A DNA stretch of 64,000 nt from contig OX597842.1 of NCBI GenBank assembly GCA_951406725.2, positions 25,792,001-25,856,000 of the forward strand, given 5' to 3'. Made by a program: the position numbers and the translations under genes. A model generated the notes under the pieces. It had not been told where the DNA came from. It did no database searches and worked only from the letters and a program-made list of their open reading frames with translations. How positions within the stretch are numbered: the stretch's first letter is position 1; the number at the start of each line of letters is the position of its first letter. Positions 58,965 to 64,000 of this stretch are shown piece after piece. This stretch comes from Octopus vulgaris (Eukaryota).

Positions 58965-61900
58965 TGGACACTGGACCTCACTGAAGAAATGACAAGGGAA
59001 TGGGAGAAGTGGCAATTAGCTACACTTGATAAGACATCAAGTGTAGCTAAGTAAAATCAGTCTTTCACACATGCAGGCTTGTCTTTTCAGGCGTTGTTGG
59101 TGCCACGCCACATAAAAACCACCCGTGCAGTGCTGCATTAATGCACCTGTGCTGATGGCATGTAAAAGGCACCCAGCACACACTGCTATGTGGTGGGCAT
59201 CAGGAAGAGCATCCAGCCGTACAGATCATGCCACAACAAATAGTTGGAGTTTGGACTGCTCCATGCCAGCATGGAGAGCAGATGTTAAATGATGATATAT
59301 ATACACACATGCATACTCATGGATGGTCTGTAAGGTATTGTGCTAAGCCTCATGGGACCTAAAATTTTAGGTTGTGCAATCACCAGTATGCCTAGTTGAA
59401 TAGGAGGAGGGCATCATGTTGAGCATGGAAGCCAACTGTGGGTGCAAATAACCTCATACATGGGCACTACCAAACATTTTCTTTGTGCTATGGTCAGTGA
59501 TGGTCATCCTCAGACACAAGCTGAGCACCTGCATGCATGCATGTACATTTTTTTTTTGTGGGTTAACCAGGCTACCATAGGTTTCATGTTGAGAGATTTC
59601 AACAATGGGCCAAGAGGAGCAGCAATATGCTACCCAATTAGTACTGAAGTGTGTTGGTCATAACCAAAACACTAGCTTAGCCAACCAGATATAAAGAATT
59701 GAAAGAGTACCCAGTTAGCAGCAAAGTACCCAGCTGACCATAGCAATGGCTCCATCAACTAGATATAAACAAGTACAGTAGAGTAGAGCTGTAGTAATGC
59801 CAAAGAAAAACTATGGGGATCAGTGGGGCTGGCACAAGAGAAAAATATATGCACAGGGAGCCAATCTGTCCCAAATAAAAGTAAGAAAATCCTTCATGCA
59901 AAGACAGATGAAGGATTAGGTTGCCTCAGGTGGACACATGCATACATACACAGAAGAGATAGGAGTCATGTGAGGGCCAGCTCACTTATTTACACACACA
60001 GAGAAAGCAATTCAACACACAGGTAAACCAACGAGGAAGGCTCTGTATGGTTTTGTGTGGCCTGTTACAAATAGTAGCTAAATCCACTTGGACTACAGCC
60101 TGCAATTTAATAACACAAAAAAAAAAAAAGGAAGTGTCTGGAAAAAAAAAAAGAGCTGAGGTGGTCATGGTTAGAGTGACCTTGACCACAGGTCTGCTTG
60201 ATCAGGGTTGACTTGGCGGTAAACAACAACACACTTGAGGACATTGAGAGGGACATTGTGTGCATGGAAGACAGCTTCCATCTTTGCAAACAAGCCAATT
60301 CAAAGACATATTTATATATAAATATATATATATTCACACACAAAAAAATTATAATTTAGGAGTACAATCATTGGCTGTCATTAAGACAGGTGTTAAAAAA
60401 AATATAATTTTTTTTCTTTTATTATTAATCAAACTCTTACAATATTTCCTGCAAGAGACACAAAACACCCCCAAAAATAAATTTTAAAAATTAAGATAAT
60501 ACATCACCCCCTTCAATTTCCTGAATTCTCCCAAAATTAATTAGAATTTTAAAATTAACTAAAACACAGGCTTTTTGGGGGTTTATTACTAATTATTTGT
60601 AGAACAGTGTCTTGAGCAAATCCTGAGAGTGGGCCTCATGGTTATACTGGCCACACACAGAATACAGTAATTTAAATTTAGCAATCCTGGGTGGAATTCT
60701 GCTTCAAACACCCTATCTTTTGCATTTTAGAATTTTCAGAAAATTTTAGCAAATTTCTTTTTTACAGATGGGAATTCACAACTATGAAAAAAAATTTCAA
60801 TTTTTTTCAATCTCTTAATTAAAAAAATTTTTTTAACCCTTTAGCATTTTATCCAGCCAAAAGTATTCTACCTGTTTTATGTTCAAACTGGTCTCTCACA
60901 CCAGCCCTACAATATCGTTTTAAAAATTAACAGCTACATCATCAAAATCTCATAACTACAAGATAATGCCTGATTAGTTCAAGGCAATGTGGATAAAAAA
61001 GGATTAATTTTGGCAGAATAATGTTAACACTAAAGGGTTAAACTCTTCGTAAAAATCTGGACAGTCCAAATTTTTGGCTTAAATCCCAATGGACCATTAA
61101 ATGTGCTTATGGCAAGAAAGATATTGAAAAAATTCAAAACATCAAACTGACAGAGGACAGTATAAGATGGTCATGAGATGTGTTAAAAACAACAGCTCAA
61201 TGTACCTTAATCACAATTTTTTGGGGGGGGTTGTTGACTAATCATGTAAATTCCTGTGTATAAAACACAAATTCGCAAGAAATTTCTGAAAAAAATTCCA
61301 AAACCAAAAAGTTACAAGGAGTTATAATAGGGGGTCCTTAAAGCAAAATTCCACCCAGGAAAGGATGATCTCAGTGGGATTTGAACTCAAAATATAAAAG
61401 GGCTGTTTGTTCCTAAAAACTGCAACATGACATTCATCCTGATGTTGGTTCTGCCACTTGCAGACTCCAACAATTAAGATGAAGACTGGGTATTTGGATT
61501 CACAAATTGCAGTCTGCTATTTTTTTTTAGCCCCTTTTTTTTTTAAGTATTTCCTCCACCTCTGTTCTACCAGAATCTGAAGACAAAATTAGGGAGTGCT
61601 GATCATCCCAATCAACCCTGGTCATTTCCTTAACCCTTTAGCATTTAAACCAACCATGTCCAGCCCAAACATTCAACCATTTCTATGATCGGGCCGACCA
61701 GATCAGGCCTCTCACACCTCCCCGACAATGCAGTTCTGAAACTAATCCTGCTGACATTTTTGAAGCTATCAAATAATGCAGGATTAATTCAAAACAATGA
61801 ATGAATAAGCATTACACACTTGGTAGAGAAATCTATATGCCAAAGGGTCAACAAACAACCCTTTCCTTGTTCCACCCCAACCTCATGAAAAAAAAAAAAA

Positions 61901-62181
61901 AAACCTTCTGAATCACAAATTAAAAAAATAAATATCCCCATCAGTGATGACATCACATATACAAAGGGTCAGAAATGTTGACCCTTGAAAACACAAATAT
62001 TTAAACAAAAGCAAATGATGTATGTATACATACATATACACACATACGTATACACATATGTATGTATGTATATATATATACACACACATACGTATACACA
62101 TATGTATACATGTATACATGTATGTATATATATATATACACACACATACGTATACACATTGATGTGTGTGTGTGAGTGTGC

Positions 62182-62308
<127 letters not shown>

Positions 62309-62611
62309 TATGTATACATATATATATATATATGTATTGCATAAAGAGCAATGATATAAAAATATTGCAGACGCGCGTGCACTCAAATCTCTCGTACACA
62401 CAGAAACACACACATGCGCACGCGCGCGCTTGCCATTTTAAAGGCTACATTTTTTCGACCAAATAACTTTTGATCATTGACTGAGGGGTTGTTTTTTTTT
62501 TTTTGCGATGTTGACCGCTAAGAAACAGGGCTAACACGCATCGACGAACCCCAACTTATTTTTTTTTTGGTTTGTTAACGGTGCAAAAATGGAAAAAATC
62601 AAAATACATAC

Positions 62612-62642
62612 ACTTTTTCGGTAGTCATCACTTCGTGGTAGC
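62612..62642 (-). CDS. RBBP6: RBBP6 microexon (LPRSDDYRKS), exon-3 equivalent
   Basis: Very strong acceptor cttcctctttttcttccacttctttccctag, donor gtatgt; 31 nt, phase 2-0 like the short vertebrate exon 3 (from recall). Confidence 0.7.
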
Positions 62643-62854
62643 CTAGGGAAAGAAGTGGAAGAAAAAGAGGAAGACTATGTAAAAAGAACAATCTGAGAAC
62701 AAAATCTTTCTAGAATGTCGAAATAAGGGTTCATAAATTTAATGAAGAAAGGGACTAACTAAACAAGCAGCAGGACTTGCTGTCACTACACGCCACTAAC
62801 TGATACACAGAAAATGCAGGAAATCAAAAACACACAAGTATGCAAAATTCTGTT

Positions 62855-63249
62855 CTATATTTAAGAGATGAGGAATTATGTACATTATTTACATTTGATG
62901 GATATTTGTCCTCATCTTGTTTCTTGTTAACACGTTTCGACTGATATACCCTGCAGCCTTCATCAGGTGCCTTGGAGAAATTTCGAACCTGGGTTCTCAC
63001 TCCTAAGGTATTTTTTCGATGTAATTAACCATTACGTCATATGCCCGTGTGCATATGGTGTAGTGGTTAAGAGCGCAGGCTACTAAACCCAAGATTCCAA
63101 GTTTGATTCCAAGCAGTGACCTGAACAATAATAATAATATCGAAAAATACCTTAGGAATGAGAACTAGGTTCGTAATTTCCCCAAGACACCTGAAGAAAC
63201 ATGTTAACAACAAACAAGATGAGGACAAATATCTGTCGAATGTAAATAA
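62855..63249. mobile_element. Second copy of the palindromic tRNA-head/hammerhead element
   Basis: Same arms and the same centre atatgcccgtg; 16-bp TSD TATGCAAAATTCTGTT at 62839-62854 and 63250-63265. Confidence 0.7.
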
Positions 63250-63863
63250 TATGCAAAATTCTGTTGTACACAACAGACAAGGATTCTTGCAGAACAATCT
63301 CCATAGACAGGTTCTTTAGTGACCAAATGTTTTTGCCATATATTAGCTCATTCCTACCATCAAACTGACATTGCCTATATACCTCTCACTATCTATATGT
63401 ATGTAAAATAGAAGCACCAGCCCTCACTAAACCACAACTGCACAAGTGCCCACTACATAATGCCCTTAAATATACATCTCATGTTCTCACAATACAACCA
63501 CCACAAACTTGCTATACTAAACCAAGTATCAGCCCTCATTACACCTCAACTACACAAATCCTCGCAATACAAGGCTTTTATATATCCCTTGTCTTCTCAA
63601 TACTATCACCACGCAGGTCCTAAAGTTCACCAGTACACAAACCCATACTATATTGCCACAGGCACCAGCCCTCACTACACTGCAACCACAAAAACCTCGC
63701 CACACCCCTGCAACAGAATGCTCTTAAATATGTTCTCACAACATATTTTCATTCCAACACAAGCCCTTGGCATACCACTGCATAAGCCTTCACTTCACCA
63801 CCACATAATAGCCAACTTCAACGCACAAGCCCTTGAAAAACCGCCACTACACAAAGCCCTCAA

Positions 63864-63898
<35 letters not shown>

Positions 63899-64000
63899 AT
63901 TTTCTTACAATACAATCCCACAAAGGTACTCACCCTCAACAATACAAACAAAACCTTCACAACACCACTACAACAATGCCCTTAAATGTACACCCAATGT

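Noticed and set aside
61940-61990. Small hairpins (gtgatg/catcac, aagggtca/tgaccctt) as snoRNA or SECIS
   Set aside because: Too short and lacking proper box spacing; cannot be supported without conservation data

Overview
AT-rich, repeat-dense animal genomic DNA. The repeat repertoire (tRNA-derived SINEs, (GAT)n-tailed RTE fragments, kilobase (AT)n tracts) looks like an Octopus/coleoid cephalopod genome; this is inferred, not proven. The window lies inside one minus-strand gene, RBBP6 (E3 ligase and pre-mRNA 3'-processing factor, Mpe1 orthologue). I traced 13 GT-AG exons from 62642 down to 494 with fully consistent reading phases. They encode the post-DWNN linker, CCHC zinc knuckle, RING finger, Q/P-rich region and the EEFYREKQRL/DDFARELMEF coiled coil. 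The DWNN exons were not found and probably lie beyond 64000; the RS-rich C-terminus presumably lies before position 1. Almost all long ORFs in the supplied track are microsatellite artefacts. Most notable: (1) the 31-nt exon at 62612-62642 can read through its GTATGT donor into a short 'VC...' tail, and the 28.6-kb intron after it holds a strong poly(A)-site context near 51960, mirroring the vertebrate DWNN-only isoform 3; (2) the introns contain many Penelope-type minimal hammerhead ribozymes from several families, including CCGAUGA core variants, one core split by ~340 nt, and a palindromic tRNA-head + hammerhead element with a target-site duplication; (3) a GC-rich RTE LINE fragment resembles trematode RTEs and has a short bipartite derivative. 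Remnants of Penelope, CR1, R4/Dong, mariner, piggyBac, hAT, pogo-like and Helitron elements are also present.
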